From assembly GCA_001001045.1 (NCBI GenBank), contig LCIL01000005.1, positions 21,409 to 85,408 of the forward strand: a DNA stretch of 64,000 nt, written 5' to 3'. This DNA comes from Candidatus Woesebacteria bacterium GW2011_GWA1_44_23. GTDB lineage: Bacteria > Patescibacteriota > Microgenomatia > UBA8517. Both the position numbers and the translations under genes were made by a program. The notes beneath the pieces are model-generated. The model worked only from the letters and a program-made list of their open reading frames with translations, did no database searches and was not told the origin of the DNA. Shown here piece after piece: positions 9,005 through 18,925 of this stretch; within the stretch, counting starts at the first letter, position 1, and each line of letters begins with the position of its first letter.

Positions 9005-10534
9005 ATGCGTATAAGTAGAAGAGTTTTGTTTGTACTTCTTGTGGCAGTTTTTCTCGCCGCATTTGTATTTCTCTCCGACAGCCTCACCAGAAAAGCAGAT
9101 GCCGCTTCCCTATCAGGCGCCAAGGTGACTTTGGCCAATTCAAGACTATCCTATAAGGCGGGTGTGGCGACCGGATCCTCAGGTTCGTCAGTTGTAACAA
9201 TCGACAATTCTTCCCAGCCTGATATCAACACCGGCCATCTTTTCCCGGGTGATGTTCTTTGCTTTACCGATGCGGGGCAAAACGGATGCATCGGAAGCAA
9301 ATCTTATACAGTAGCCAGTGTTATTGATGGAACAACTTTTAACTTGACTTCCACACTCACAAATAACCTGGATACTTCGGGGTACGCGGTTGCAACGCAG
9401 TCGGGGCAATGGACGGTGTCGTTTACCACCGTAGCTGCGGTCCCGGTCGGGGGAAGTATTTTGATTACTATTCCTGAGGCAGACGGGGTTAGCGCCGTTC
9501 AAAGCAACAACGGAATTCCGGACTCAGGTTCAAGTGTCGCGCTAAGCGGTTTTGACTTAAACAGTCTTGCTGCCGGTGGTATTTCAATCACGGGCTGCAC
9601 CCCGGCAAACTGGTCAACCCCGGTTGTAACGGTTGGAGACGGAACCACCAACCATACAATTTCGATTCCCAGAGTTACCGCCGATTGTACGGGAGGAACG
9701 GCAATAGTAGTGACTCTCGGCACCGGTACTCCTTATATAGTCAATCCCGCCCCCTACATAGGCCACACCCAGGGGATTTCGGACGTTTATGGAGTAACCG
9801 TTCAGACGAAAGATGCCGGCGATAACGTTGTGGATTCAGCCATCCCCAGGGCCGCCGCCGTTGAAGCTGTTCTTATTTCGGCAAGTGTAGACGAAAGTCT
9901 GTCTCTGACCGTTGATTTCGTTACGGCAGCAACTCTTTATAATGGGGGCGTGGAAGGCGTTTGCGGCACAATTCCGGCATTATCAGATGCCAGAACTACA
10001 ACCGTCACATCAGTCCCCTGGGGAACGATAACTCAACCGAATCACTTTCTTTACGCTGCCCAAAAACTGACAGTAAGCACCAACGCGGCAACCGGCTATG
10101 TCGTAACATTTGAGGAAAATGACCAAATGGGAAGAAACGGAAATACCTGTACCGGAACTTCTCCCTCCGCCGGAGACTACACCTTCGGAGCGGGAACTTG
10201 CATAAGAGATACCACCTGTAACGGCTCTTGTTCGGAATCTGTCATGGGTGATTGGCAAAATGCGACAAGCTACCCCGGACTGGGTTATTCTCTTGCCAGC
10301 GCAAGCGGAACCGACGCTCCGTTCTTTTACAATCAGGGAGGAGGCTCAACTTGGTATGCCAAACAGCTAGCCGATAAAACCCAAGGTGGAGAGACGGCAC
10401 AGACCATTATGTCAAATGGTGCTCCGGTAAGCGGCAGCGCAGTTTATGTTTGTTACAAATTCACCATTCCCGGAACCCAGCCCGCAGGTTATTATTACAA
10501 TATAGGCAAGTATACAACCACGTCGACCTTTTAA
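9005..10534 (+). CDS. secreted hypothetical protein (family A paralog, 509 aa, Gly/Thr-rich beta-rich)
   Basis: Signal peptide MRISRRVLFVLLVAVFLAAFVFL. C-terminus ...YKFTIPGTQPAGYYYNIGKYTTTSTF matches the C-terminus of the 7332..8039 product. Confidence 0.6.
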   Translation: MRISRRVLFVLLVAVFLAAFVFLSDSLTRKADAASLSGAKVTLANSRLSYKAGVATGSSGSSVVTIDNSSQPDINTGHLFPGDVLCFTDAGQNGCIGSKSYTVASVIDGTTFNLTSTLTNNLDTSGYAVATQSGQWTVSFTTVAAVPVGGSILITIPEADGVSAVQSNNGIPDSGSSVALSGFDLNSLAAGGISITGCTPANWSTPVVTVGDGTTNHTISIPRVTADCTGGTAIVVTLGTGTPYIVNPAPYIGHTQGISDVYGVTVQTKDAGDNVVDSAIPRAAAVEAVLISASVDESLSLTVDFVTAATLYNGGVEGVCGTIPALSDARTTTVTSVPWGTITQPNHFLYAAQKLTVSTNAATGYVVTFEENDQMGRNGNTCTGTSPSAGDYTFGAGTCIRDTTCNGSCSESVMGDWQNATSYPGLGYSLASASGTDAPFFYNQGGGSTWYAKQLADKTQGGETAQTIMSNGAPVSGSAVYVCYKFTIPGTQPAGYYYNIGKYTTTSTF

Positions 10535-10535
10535 T

Positions 10536-11594
10536 ATGAAAAAAACTGCCCTGATCATTGCTTCTTTCCTGCTCCTCCTGGGAGGAGTTTTTGTAGCCTC
10601 CCGTATTCATGCTCAAGAAAGTCTGCAGGTTTTGCCTCTGACCGTCGTTCCTCCCAAACAGGAGGTTTTGATTAACCCCGGAGAGAAGTTTTCCACCTCC
10701 GTCAAGTTTTTAAATCAGGCCGACTCCCCCGTTACAGGCTCCCTGTATGTTCTTGATTTTGTGGTTGAGGATAATGTAGGCACGCCGATGTTTCTGGATA
10801 ATCCCCAGGTTGTGGGTACGACTCAAATCCCGGCCAAGTATTCCGCTGCCAAATGGATATCGATTCCGGATGACACCGTCACCATAGCTTCAAAGGGAAA
10901 TATTTCAGTCCCGATTACGATTAACGTTCCCAAGACTGCCGTTCCCGGAGGAAGATACGCGGCGGTTCTTTTCCAGCCTGCAACAAACCTGACCATGGAG
11001 GATTCGGAATCTGCACTGGAAACTCCAATTACGGTTCGGCTTGCGTCTCTTATTTATATAAGGGTGGCCGGTCCTATTTCCGAAAGCGCAACCGTTACCA
11101 AGTTTGAGGGTCCCAAATTCCTTGAATACGGGCCCGCATCAATCACCACGCAAATTTTAAACCAGGGTAATTACCATATTTCCCCCCAGGGAGATGTCAC
11201 TTTGAAAGACATATTCGGCCGTGTGGTTGCCAAGAGCAAACTTGATGCCAGAAATATCTTCCCGGGTACTTCTAGGGTCTATACAAACGAACTGGGGCAA
11301 AAGTTGATGATCGGTAAGTTCACCACTACCCTCAATGCCACATACGGAGATACGGGAAAACTTCTCACCGCAAGTTTTGTTATGTGGGTCCTGCCCTGGA
11401 GAATAATGCTGGCGATCCTCCTGGCGCTTATAATAATTGCCCTGACAGGAACCATGTGGTACAAGAGAATCAAAAAGAAGGAAGAAAAATTGGTTGAGGA
11501 ACTTAAAGAAGAAAAGACCGAACTCGAAGAATTAAAAGAAGAGCTTAAAGATAAAGTTGCCGGCGAGCCTACTCCAAAAGAAGAGACTAAATAG
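10536..11594 (+). CDS. cell-surface protein, DUF916-like N-terminal domain with C-terminal TM anchor and Lys/Glu-rich tail
   Basis: Signal peptide; QESLQVLPLTVVPPKQEVLINPGEKFSTSVKFLNQ...; C-terminus WVLPWRIMLAILLALIIIALTGTMWYKRIKKKEEKLVEELKEEK. Confidence 0.45.
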   Translation: MKKTALIIASFLLLLGGVFVASRIHAQESLQVLPLTVVPPKQEVLINPGEKFSTSVKFLNQADSPVTGSLYVLDFVVEDNVGTPMFLDNPQVVGTTQIPAKYSAAKWISIPDDTVTIASKGNISVPITINVPKTAVPGGRYAAVLFQPATNLTMEDSESALETPITVRLASLIYIRVAGPISESATVTKFEGPKFLEYGPASITTQILNQGNYHISPQGDVTLKDIFGRVVAKSKLDARNIFPGTSRVYTNELGQKLMIGKFTTTLNATYGDTGKLLTASFVMWVLPWRIMLAILLALIIIALTGTMWYKRIKKKEEKLVEELKEEKTELEELKEELKDKVAGEPTPKEETK

Positions 11595-11644
11595 TCCAAA
11601 CCTGCTGTGGTTAAAAACCCAAAGGACTAGTAAAATAATTAAAG

Positions 11645-12580
11645 ATGAAACGTCTCGCCGAGATAGCCTTCGTGTACCTCATTTTGGGGTGCCTATTTTT
11701 GTCCGCTGGTGGTTTACCCGCCTCGGCCCAAATACTGCCGAATCTGGGGACCAGGAGGGCCCAAGTGACGATTTCCGCAAGCCTCGGGGAACCGGTTTTG
11801 CGGCTTTGGGGCTACGGCTCTGCAAACTCAAGGGTTGAGTTGAGCGGACGGGGTGTTGCCGATTTTGCATATTCAAGGAGTGACGGCTATTATGAGTTTT
11901 CAAAAGCTTTTCTGCCGGCACCAACGGATTTTCTTTACCCCGAGCTTTGTCTGACCGCAATTGACCAGACCGGCCGGGCTACTCCCCCCACCTGCATCCC
12001 GGCTCTTCCCGCAAATGAATTCAGCTACGATATAGGGCCGATAATTTTACCCCCCACACTAAGTCTGGAGGCAGGAAGTACCACTCCGGACACTCAAGTG
12101 GCGGCAAGCGGCATGACAATTCCTAATTCCGAAGTCAAAATTGTTTTGGCGGAAGGCGGTACCGGCAACGCCATTACTAAACTCAGCATCGTTACCGAAG
12201 TTTCGGCGTATTACATTCCGAATTATACTGTGAAATCCGATTCTCAAGGCTACTTCAACTTCAACATGCCCGCGACAACTTCAGATAAATGGCGTATGTT
12301 TGCAATCACAAACTATTCACAGGTAGCCACATCCCCCAAAAGCAACACCCTCACCTTTGAAGTAATTTCCCCGGCCCTTGCCGCTGCCCAAAAATTTTGG
12401 AAACTGATTCTTTCACTTTTAACGCTACCTGTATTTATATCTTTCGAAATATTAATCATTCTCGTCCTTATCGCTTTATTGCTGGTGAAAAGGGGTAAAA
12501 AGAAAGTATCTCCAACTATTTCAAACAAGATCGATGAATATCAAGCTTACCTGATTTCGAAGCGCTTACCCAAAATCTAA
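11645..12580 (+). CDS. secreted hypothetical protein with C-terminal TM anchor
   Basis: Signal peptide MKRLAEIAFVYLILGCLFLSAGGLPASA. C-terminus ...LILSLLTLPVFISFEILIILVLIALLLVKRGKKK. Confidence 0.5.
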   Translation: MKRLAEIAFVYLILGCLFLSAGGLPASAQILPNLGTRRAQVTISASLGEPVLRLWGYGSANSRVELSGRGVADFAYSRSDGYYEFSKAFLPAPTDFLYPELCLTAIDQTGRATPPTCIPALPANEFSYDIGPIILPPTLSLEAGSTTPDTQVAASGMTIPNSEVKIVLAEGGTGNAITKLSIVTEVSAYYIPNYTVKSDSQGYFNFNMPATTSDKWRMFAITNYSQVATSPKSNTLTFEVISPALAAAQKFWKLILSLLTLPVFISFEILIILVLIALLLVKRGKKKVSPTISNKIDEYQAYLISKRLPKI

Positions 12581-13134
12581 TCAAAAGTGACAGTTGCTTT
12601 TTGGATCAAGGTTGCACCGTCGACTGCAGCCTCTATAATGTAAACCCCGGGGGCACTCTCCGAGGCTATATCAAAAGTCGCCCTTCCCTGATTGTCCGTA
12701 ACCGGCTGGATGGGAGAAACCTGGAGTGGGCCTCCTCCCAATGAAACGGTTTTGCCGGATATCCCAAGCCCCCTGTCGTTAAGAATGTAAACGGTTATTC
12801 TTATCTGTTCCCCTCCCACTTTAGCTCTTAAGGGGGACGCAAAAACGTATGAGTTCTCCAAAGACAAACCCGAGCTGCCCGCCGGCCGCGTTTTTTCGGT
12901 ACTGGTTGTAACGGAAGAATAAGCACCGCTTCGAAAAATAAGGGGGCTACGTATCAGATACAGAAAAAGGATGAGTATAAGAATAAGGATAATAAAAACA
13001 ATAAAAACTAAAATTATGTACCTCGTCCTCCTGGAGTCCCTTTCATTTTTTGTATTTTCGCTCTCTATTTTTTCGTCCTCTATACTTTTATCCTCGATAC
13101 TCCTGCCAACAATACTTTCATTATCCGCATCCAT
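12577..13134 (-). CDS. membrane-anchored protein with extracellular Ig-like (Big-like) domain
   Basis: Acidic N-terminus, TM helix YIILVFIVFIILILILILFLYLI, C-terminal beta-rich domain ...GQIRITVYILNDRGLGISGKTVSL.... Confidence 0.45.
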   Translation of the reverse strand: MDADNESIVGRSIEDKSIEDEKIESENTKNERDSRRTRYIILVFIVFIILILILILFLYLIRSPLIFRSGAYSSVTTSTEKTRPAGSSGLSLENSYVFASPLRAKVGGEQIRITVYILNDRGLGISGKTVSLGGGPLQVSPIQPVTDNQGRATFDIASESAPGVYIIEAAVDGATLIQKATVTFD

Positions 13135-13608
13135 GATATTATAATGAGGTACATCGTAATAAAAATCAAGTTTCTATGTATCTTCACAACTTTTGCGTGA
13201 AAATGTAACTCTCAGCTCACGTAAATTATAATTGCCATAAATTCGGGGTAAAAGTAGGGTAAATATTCCTGGCACTCAAGATATGGGTTTGCCAATTATA
13301 TGCGTAATTTTTCTATATTGAGCATACCAAGCTGCTGACAGTGTTTGATATACATATATACCGACAAATTGGAAAGTTAACCGCAAAATTATAGGACTTC
13401 ATATAATAAACGCATATCTCCGCATAAGAATTTTAGGCACGATATTTGTGTGTAAAACAGCGTTATTTTACAGTTATAGCCCCTGCCTTTTATTAATATA
13501 TAGTATTTTTGATGCGTGAAATTACTGCGGTAAATATACTATATACTGCATGAAATATATTTTACCATTCACCCGTTTTATTGCTAATATATTGCAACAA
13601 TTAGGCTC

Positions 13609-13637
13609 TTGACAGCCTTGGTAAATACTTTAATAAT
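13609..13637 (+). promoter_or_regulatory. candidate sigma70-type promoter (TTGACA, 17 nt spacer, AATAAT) for the 13675 gene
   Basis: TTGACA at 13609-13614, 17-nt spacer, AATAAT at 13632-13637, inside a 540-nt AT-rich intergenic region. Confidence 0.35.
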
Positions 13638-13674
13638 AGTCTAATTAGTATAATTCAGTATAATCTAGCCTTAA

Positions 13675-14193
13675 ATGCCCGATACACAATCCGACTCAGT
13701 CAAAAAAGATTTTATTAAATATCTCGATTCTCTTGGCCTTTCTCCCAGATCTCATAAAAATTATAGGAGCGATTTGGGCTACTTCCTTTCCTGGACAATA
13801 TTAAGAATCAGGTCTTTCGGAGCGTACGTCGAGTCGTTAACTGAAGTTGTCCCCTTTTTGAACAAAGATCTTGGCCGTGAATTTAAGAACTACATGACCG
13901 AGAATTCTGTTCCGTCAAAGACCATAAACCGGAGGCTATCCACTCTCAGGCACCTATCCAAATTTTTGACGCAAAGCCATGTTGTCGACAAGGATTTTGC
14001 CGGAGGAATTGAAAATATCAGTTCAAATTACAACAAGAGGCCCGGTATTAATCCTGTTTTCAATGATTTTAGATCGTTTCTCGAAAGTGAGAAGGTTTCC
14101 CCTAACACTATCAAAAACTATCTTTCTGATATAAGACATTTTCTGGCGTGGCTGGAGAATGACAACAAACAAACAGGTAACTTAACAAATTAA
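13675..14193 (+). CDS. tandem phage-integrase N-terminal SAM-like (core-binding) domain protein; probable frameshifted 5' part of the giant gene that follows
   Basis: DFIKYLDSLGLSPRSHKNYRSDLGYFLSW...INRRLSTLRHLSKFL, then a second FNDFRSFLESEKVSPNTIKNYLSDIRHFLAWL whose second half lies in the next ORF. Confidence 0.55.
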   Translation: MPDTQSDSVKKDFIKYLDSLGLSPRSHKNYRSDLGYFLSWTILRIRSFGAYVESLTEVVPFLNKDLGREFKNYMTENSVPSKTINRRLSTLRHLSKFLTQSHVVDKDFAGGIENISSNYNKRPGINPVFNDFRSFLESEKVSPNTIKNYLSDIRHFLAWLENDNKQTGNLTN

Positions 14194-14201
14194 CTAAATA
14201 T

Positions 14202-17200
14202 ATGTCCAACCTGCCTGATATCACTCCTGATTTAATAAAAAGATACCAAGAAGATTTGGTTGCACGCTTCTCCCCGGCCACGGTTAAGAGAAAGTCGATT
14301 TCGGTCGGTAAGTTTCTTGACTGGGCTCAAAAGGAAGGATTCCTGGATACGAATCCCGGAGGTGTTCTTTCGGCTCAGCGTTCAAAGGAGACACTAATCC
14401 CCGCAAAAGCTGCGGGAAAAACTGGTCTCCGCAAATGGTACCATAGGTATCAAAGTATTCCGGGAGCTTCGTATCTCGGGGTTGCGGTTGCCTTAATCCT
14501 TGCTTCAACTATTGGTCTTGGAGTATATAATCAATTCTTTAAAAATGCGCAAAACCCCCTGGCCTACCCCACTTCTCTAACGCCTCCAAGCCGTTATTTA
14601 TCCTTCCAGGGCAGACTCACAAATCAATTCGGTAACCCGATAACAGCCGTAACCAGTGTTACTTTTAAGCTTTATGACGATCCTAGTGCGGGTACAACTC
14701 TTTGGACGGGTACATGTAATGTTTCACCGGATACTGACGGGGTTTTTTCTTCTCTCCTCGGAAGCGATTGCGGAACACAGCTAACAAGCAACGTTTTCTC
14801 CGAAAATGCCGCGGTCTGGCTGGGAGTAAAGGTTGAGTCCGATCTTGAAGCCACACCCAGGGTGCAAATCGCAACCGTCGCCTATGCTACGAATTCGGAG
14901 ACCTTGCAAGGATTCCCTGCCTCCGCATCGGCAACGATCAACACGGTTCCCGTAATAGACAACTCGGGGCAATTGGTCATCGCAGCCTCCTCCCCCAAAA
15001 TTCAATCCACTTCAGGCACATTTGCGATTGAGGGACAGGCTTTGACAATAAGCACACCAACTGCATCAAACGGTGATGTTACTATAGCACCAGATGGCAC
15101 GGGTCAGCTCAATTTAACTTTTTCCGGAGCATCCCCGGGATCCGGAACCGGGATGGTGAATGCTACCGATGCCAATTTAACCTCAGGGTCTCTCTACTAT
15201 GGTGAGGTTGCCAATGACGCCACGGGATACAATCTGCTTGAGCTTGCAAGCGGTGCCACACCGAGAACCAAATTTGCGGTTGATTCGGCAGGTAATGCAA
15301 CGCTTTCGGGAACGATCAACGGCCTTGCCATTTCCGGAGGAACGATAACCTCAGGAACTTGGAATGGAACCGTAATTTCCACTACATACGGGGGTACCGG
15401 ACAGGACTGGGATTCCATCGCCCAAGGTTCACTTCCCTATTTCTCGGGAACCGGGACTATGAGTACGCTGGCTCCGGGGACTTCGGGATATGTTCTAATG
15501 ACTCAAGGGGCTTCAGCCAATCCGATTTGGACTCCTTCCTCAGGGGTAGGAACCAACTACTGGCAACTAACTTCAAATGCCCTCTCCCCCGTTAACTCAA
15601 CTTACGCACTAAACATAGGTAACACCGCAAGTACTTCCGCCTACTTCCATGTACCGGGAACCAATAATCAAAACGCATGGTTCAACTTGGGAACCGGGTA
15701 TTTAGGTGTTGGAACAACATCACCAACGGCTATATTGGATATTTCTGGAAATACAACAACATCGCTGGTTAAAATAACCCAAAATCACAGCTGGTCCGGT
15801 ACAGAATATGCGCTTACCGTTTCGGGATATTCAAATTTGGGAGGTTTTCGTATTAATGCTGCAGATGGTGCCAATGCAATATATAACACTCTTAATGGAA
15901 CGCTGGGTTTTACGAACAACCAAGGATATCCAATAACCTTCTCTAGTTGGAGCGGATCAACGGGTACTGAACGTATGAGGATAGACACCACTTCTGGTAA
16001 CGTCGGTATAGGTACCACTTCACCATCCCAAAAGCTTGATGTTGCCGGCAATGTCAATATCTCAGGCTATGCCACAGCTTCAGCATCTCTTAATGTCGGT
16101 AGCGGAAATGCATTGGCTGGGATAGGAAATATTTCGTATTCCAATGCACTCCTTCCTGGTGGAGTTGCAGGAACTTCAGGATATGTACTCACTTCCTCAG
16201 GGGGTGGAGTAAACACTTGGACAAACCCTGCAACTGTAGGAACTAACTACTGGCAGTTGAACGGATTGGTTCTCTCCCCTGCCAATGCAGTAGCATATGA
16301 TCTCACTATTGGAGGGACGGCAACAGGTTCTGCCTTCCAGGTATTTGCTGCAACAGGGAATATTACAACCTCGGGAGATTTAGCTCTCAATGGTGGGGAT
16401 ATCACATCGACCGGAGATCTGACTATTGATCCTGCGGGTGGAGACGTCTTCCTAAACTCAGACAATCTTAACCTTACGGCCTCCACCAACCTTATCTTTG
16501 GATCAACATCACTTGGAGAATACACATCAAACACAGATTCTGGAGCATATGTTGTTGGCGTATATGATGAGTTTACATATTCTACTGCAACCAATGTCCA
16601 GGGAGTACTAAAGAGCTTTGATACAGCTATCGCAGGAGCCTCCCTTTGGCAAAGAACAGCAGGCTCTCTTGCTCCTGCCAATATTACAGACTCACTTAAT
16701 CTCGGCAATACAGCAACAGCCTCAGCTCTAGTCCACTTGGCAGGAACAACCGGAGAAAACTCATGGATCAACACAGGGAGTGTGGGAATCGGAACAACAA
16801 ATCCGACTTTCAAACTTCATGTTATTGGTACAGCTGGCTTTTCAAATACGGTTACACTTACTACCAACAATGGCTTTTTCTTCGGAACTAAAACTGATGG
16901 TTCTACTACACACCGACTGATTGGACTTAATAATTCAAATCAGCTTCAAATTGGAGAAAATGCTAACGGTGTTCCTCTTATTTTTAAATCTGGAAGCAGC
17001 GGCCAAATGCTGTTTGACACATCAGGAAATCTAGGCATTGGCCTCACTAACCCTTCCTACAAACTGGATGTTACCGGCGATATTAACCTCACTGGAGCTC
17101 TGAGAGATAACGGTTCGGCAGGAACTTCCGGTCAGGTTCTTTCAACTACAGGAACAGGGGTGCAGTGGATAGATGCGGCAGGAGTAGGAACAAACTACTG

Positions 17201-18890
17201 GTCGGTGCTGAGTAACAACACAATATACCCCACAAACACCCTTCAGGATCTGCTTTTGGGTTCGTCTGCCACCGCATCAGCCAAATTTGCATTCAAAGGG
17301 GTTGGATCAGGAGTCCCTACAGCTTCCATCTCAGGAACAACTGCCAATGTAGCTACATTCATTGATGGTAACGGTAATATTTCCACAACAAACCGTAATA
17401 ATCTGATACTTGGAAATTCCTCCACATACAATTCAACCGGGAATATTCTTCTTAACCCCAATGGGACTGGAAATGTGGGGATTGGGACAACTGCCCCAAG
17501 TGGAAAGACCCATATTTTAGGATCTACAAACTCTGGGAACCAGCTTCTTGTCCTACAGAGTTCTGATGATTCCATAAATGACAACGCCCTTGAGATTCAG
17601 ACAAGCTCAGGAACTGTAGTAAGCCGATTTCGCGGTGATGGACGACTCTTTGTTTCAAATCAAATCGGAGTAACCAATGGAGCCTACTCCGGCAACTGGT
17701 ATGGACATCAACTGGATTTGACTGGAAGTGGTACCGTTTCTATTACTGCCGCAGGTAATTCTTATTTTAATTCTGGCAATGTTGGTCTCGGTACTGTTTC
17801 CCCGACAGCCAAACTTGACGTAGCAGGTGACGCTTCCACCTCTGCCTCGCTTGTATTTAGAGGTGCCACCCCAACCATTGATATTCTTAACGGTTCAACT
17901 CTCACATTCCAATCCTCCCCCGGTGGGGATGCCGGTCTAACAAGCATTGCTACCCTTGCACCTGCCGGCAACTTTACCGTTAACGGAACATTAAATGGAT
18001 TAACGGTATCGGGAGGAACAATAACGGGAGGGACCTGGAATGGAAGTTTAATTGGTACTCAATGGGGTGGAACGGGGGCCAATAACTCCACCGCAGCCCA
18101 ATATTCAGTTCCTTACTACTCTGCAACGGGAGTATTGGGAGGAGTTCTAGCTCCGGGAACCTCAGGATATGTATTGACCACAAACAGTACCAGTGGAGCT
18201 CCTACCTGGACCAATGCAGGAAGTGTTGGAACCAACTACTGGCAACTAAATAGCCTTGTTCTCTCCCCTGCCAATGCCTCTGCGTATGACCTTGCTATAG
18301 GAGGGACAGCAACAGGTTCTGCCTTCCAGGTATTTGCTGCAACCGGAGATATTACAACCTCGGGAGATTTGGCTCTCAATGGTGGGGATCTTACAACCAC
18401 AGGTGATTTGACCATTAATCCTGCGGGTGGGGATGTCTACTTGAACTCAGACAATCTTAACCTTACGGCCTCCACCAACCTTATCTTTGGATCAACATCA
18501 CTTGGAGAATATACATCAAACACGGATTCGGGAGCATATGTTGTTGGTGTATATGATGAATTCACATACTCTACTGCTACCAATATACAGGGAGTGCTAA
18601 AAAGTTTTGATACGGCCATTGCAGGAGCTTCTCTTTGGCAAAGAACAACAGGTTCACTCGCTCCTGCAAACATTACAGACTCACTTAACCTTGGCGCTAC
18701 CGCCACAGCAAGTGCCCTCGTGCACCTTGCCGGTACTTCGGGAGAAAACTCATTCATTAATACGGGTAATGTGGGGATAGGAACAAGTGCTCCTTCCACA
18801 TATAAGCTCCAGGTAGTAGGAACGGGAGGATTTAGTACAGACAGGCTGCTGCCGTTACTTTCGGAAACGCTTCATACCAGACGAATATAA
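14202..18890 (+). CDS. giant surface protein, part 1 (1562 aa): SAM-like half-domain, TM helix, tail-fibre-like repeats (GxVGIGTTxPxxKLDV)
   Basis: TM helix GASYLGVAVALILASTIGLGVY. More than 15 copies of the motif N(V/L)GIGTT(S/N)P.(A/Y)KL(D/H)V. Internal 200-aa near-identical duplication. Confidence 0.7.
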   Translation: MSNLPDITPDLIKRYQEDLVARFSPATVKRKSISVGKFLDWAQKEGFLDTNPGGVLSAQRSKETLIPAKAAGKTGLRKWYHRYQSIPGASYLGVAVALILASTIGLGVYNQFFKNAQNPLAYPTSLTPPSRYLSFQGRLTNQFGNPITAVTSVTFKLYDDPSAGTTLWTGTCNVSPDTDGVFSSLLGSDCGTQLTSNVFSENAAVWLGVKVESDLEATPRVQIATVAYATNSETLQGFPASASATINTVPVIDNSGQLVIAASSPKIQSTSGTFAIEGQALTISTPTASNGDVTIAPDGTGQLNLTFSGASPGSGTGMVNATDANLTSGSLYYGEVANDATGYNLLELASGATPRTKFAVDSAGNATLSGTINGLAISGGTITSGTWNGTVISTTYGGTGQDWDSIAQGSLPYFSGTGTMSTLAPGTSGYVLMTQGASANPIWTPSSGVGTNYWQLTSNALSPVNSTYALNIGNTASTSAYFHVPGTNNQNAWFNLGTGYLGVGTTSPTAILDISGNTTTSLVKITQNHSWSGTEYALTVSGYSNLGGFRINAADGANAIYNTLNGTLGFTNNQGYPITFSSWSGSTGTERMRIDTTSGNVGIGTTSPSQKLDVAGNVNISGYATASASLNVGSGNALAGIGNISYSNALLPGGVAGTSGYVLTSSGGGVNTWTNPATVGTNYWQLNGLVLSPANAVAYDLTIGGTATGSAFQVFAATGNITTSGDLALNGGDITSTGDLTIDPAGGDVFLNSDNLNLTASTNLIFGSTSLGEYTSNTDSGAYVVGVYDEFTYSTATNVQGVLKSFDTAIAGASLWQRTAGSLAPANITDSLNLGNTATASALVHLAGTTGENSWINTGSVGIGTTNPTFKLHVIGTAGFSNTVTLTTNNGFFFGTKTDGSTTHRLIGLNNSNQLQIGENANGVPLIFKSGSSGQMLFDTSGNLGIGLTNPSYKLDVTGDINLTGALRDNGSAGTSGQVLSTTGTGVQWIDAAGVGTNYWSVLSNNTIYPTNTLQDLLLGSSATASAKFAFKGVGSGVPTASISGTTANVATFIDGNGNISTTNRNNLILGNSSTYNSTGNILLNPNGTGNVGIGTTAPSGKTHILGSTNSGNQLLVLQSSDDSINDNALEIQTSSGTVVSRFRGDGRLFVSNQIGVTNGAYSGNWYGHQLDLTGSGTVSITAAGNSYFNSGNVGLGTVSPTAKLDVAGDASTSASLVFRGATPTIDILNGSTLTFQSSPGGDAGLTSIATLAPAGNFTVNGTLNGLTVSGGTITGGTWNGSLIGTQWGGTGANNSTAAQYSVPYYSATGVLGGVLAPGTSGYVLTTNSTSGAPTWTNAGSVGTNYWQLNSLVLSPANASAYDLAIGGTATGSAFQVFAATGDITTSGDLALNGGDLTTTGDLTINPAGGDVYLNSDNLNLTASTNLIFGSTSLGEYTSNTDSGAYVVGVYDEFTYSTATNIQGVLKSFDTAIAGASLWQRTTGSLAPANITDSLNLGATATASALVHLAGTSGENSFINTGNVGIGTSAPSTYKLQVVGTGGFSTDRLLPLLSETLHTRRI
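16236..16840 (+). repeat. about 600-bp internal near-identical duplication, copy 1 (copy 2 at about 18227..18835)
   Basis: The encoded 200-aa segments GTNYWQLN.LVLSPANA...GVIGTTNP are over 90% identical. The antisense ORFs 16247..16813 and 18437..18799 share identical peptides. Confidence 0.7.
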
Positions 18891-18925
18891 GCGGATCTTC
18901 GGTTGTTGTTAACTCCCTAACCGGA

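Noticed and set aside
16247-16813. Antisense ORFs 16247..16813 and 18437..18799 with identical peptide stretches.
   Set aside because: They are antisense to the giant tail-fibre-like gene. The identity merely mirrors the intragenic duplication and is reported as such.
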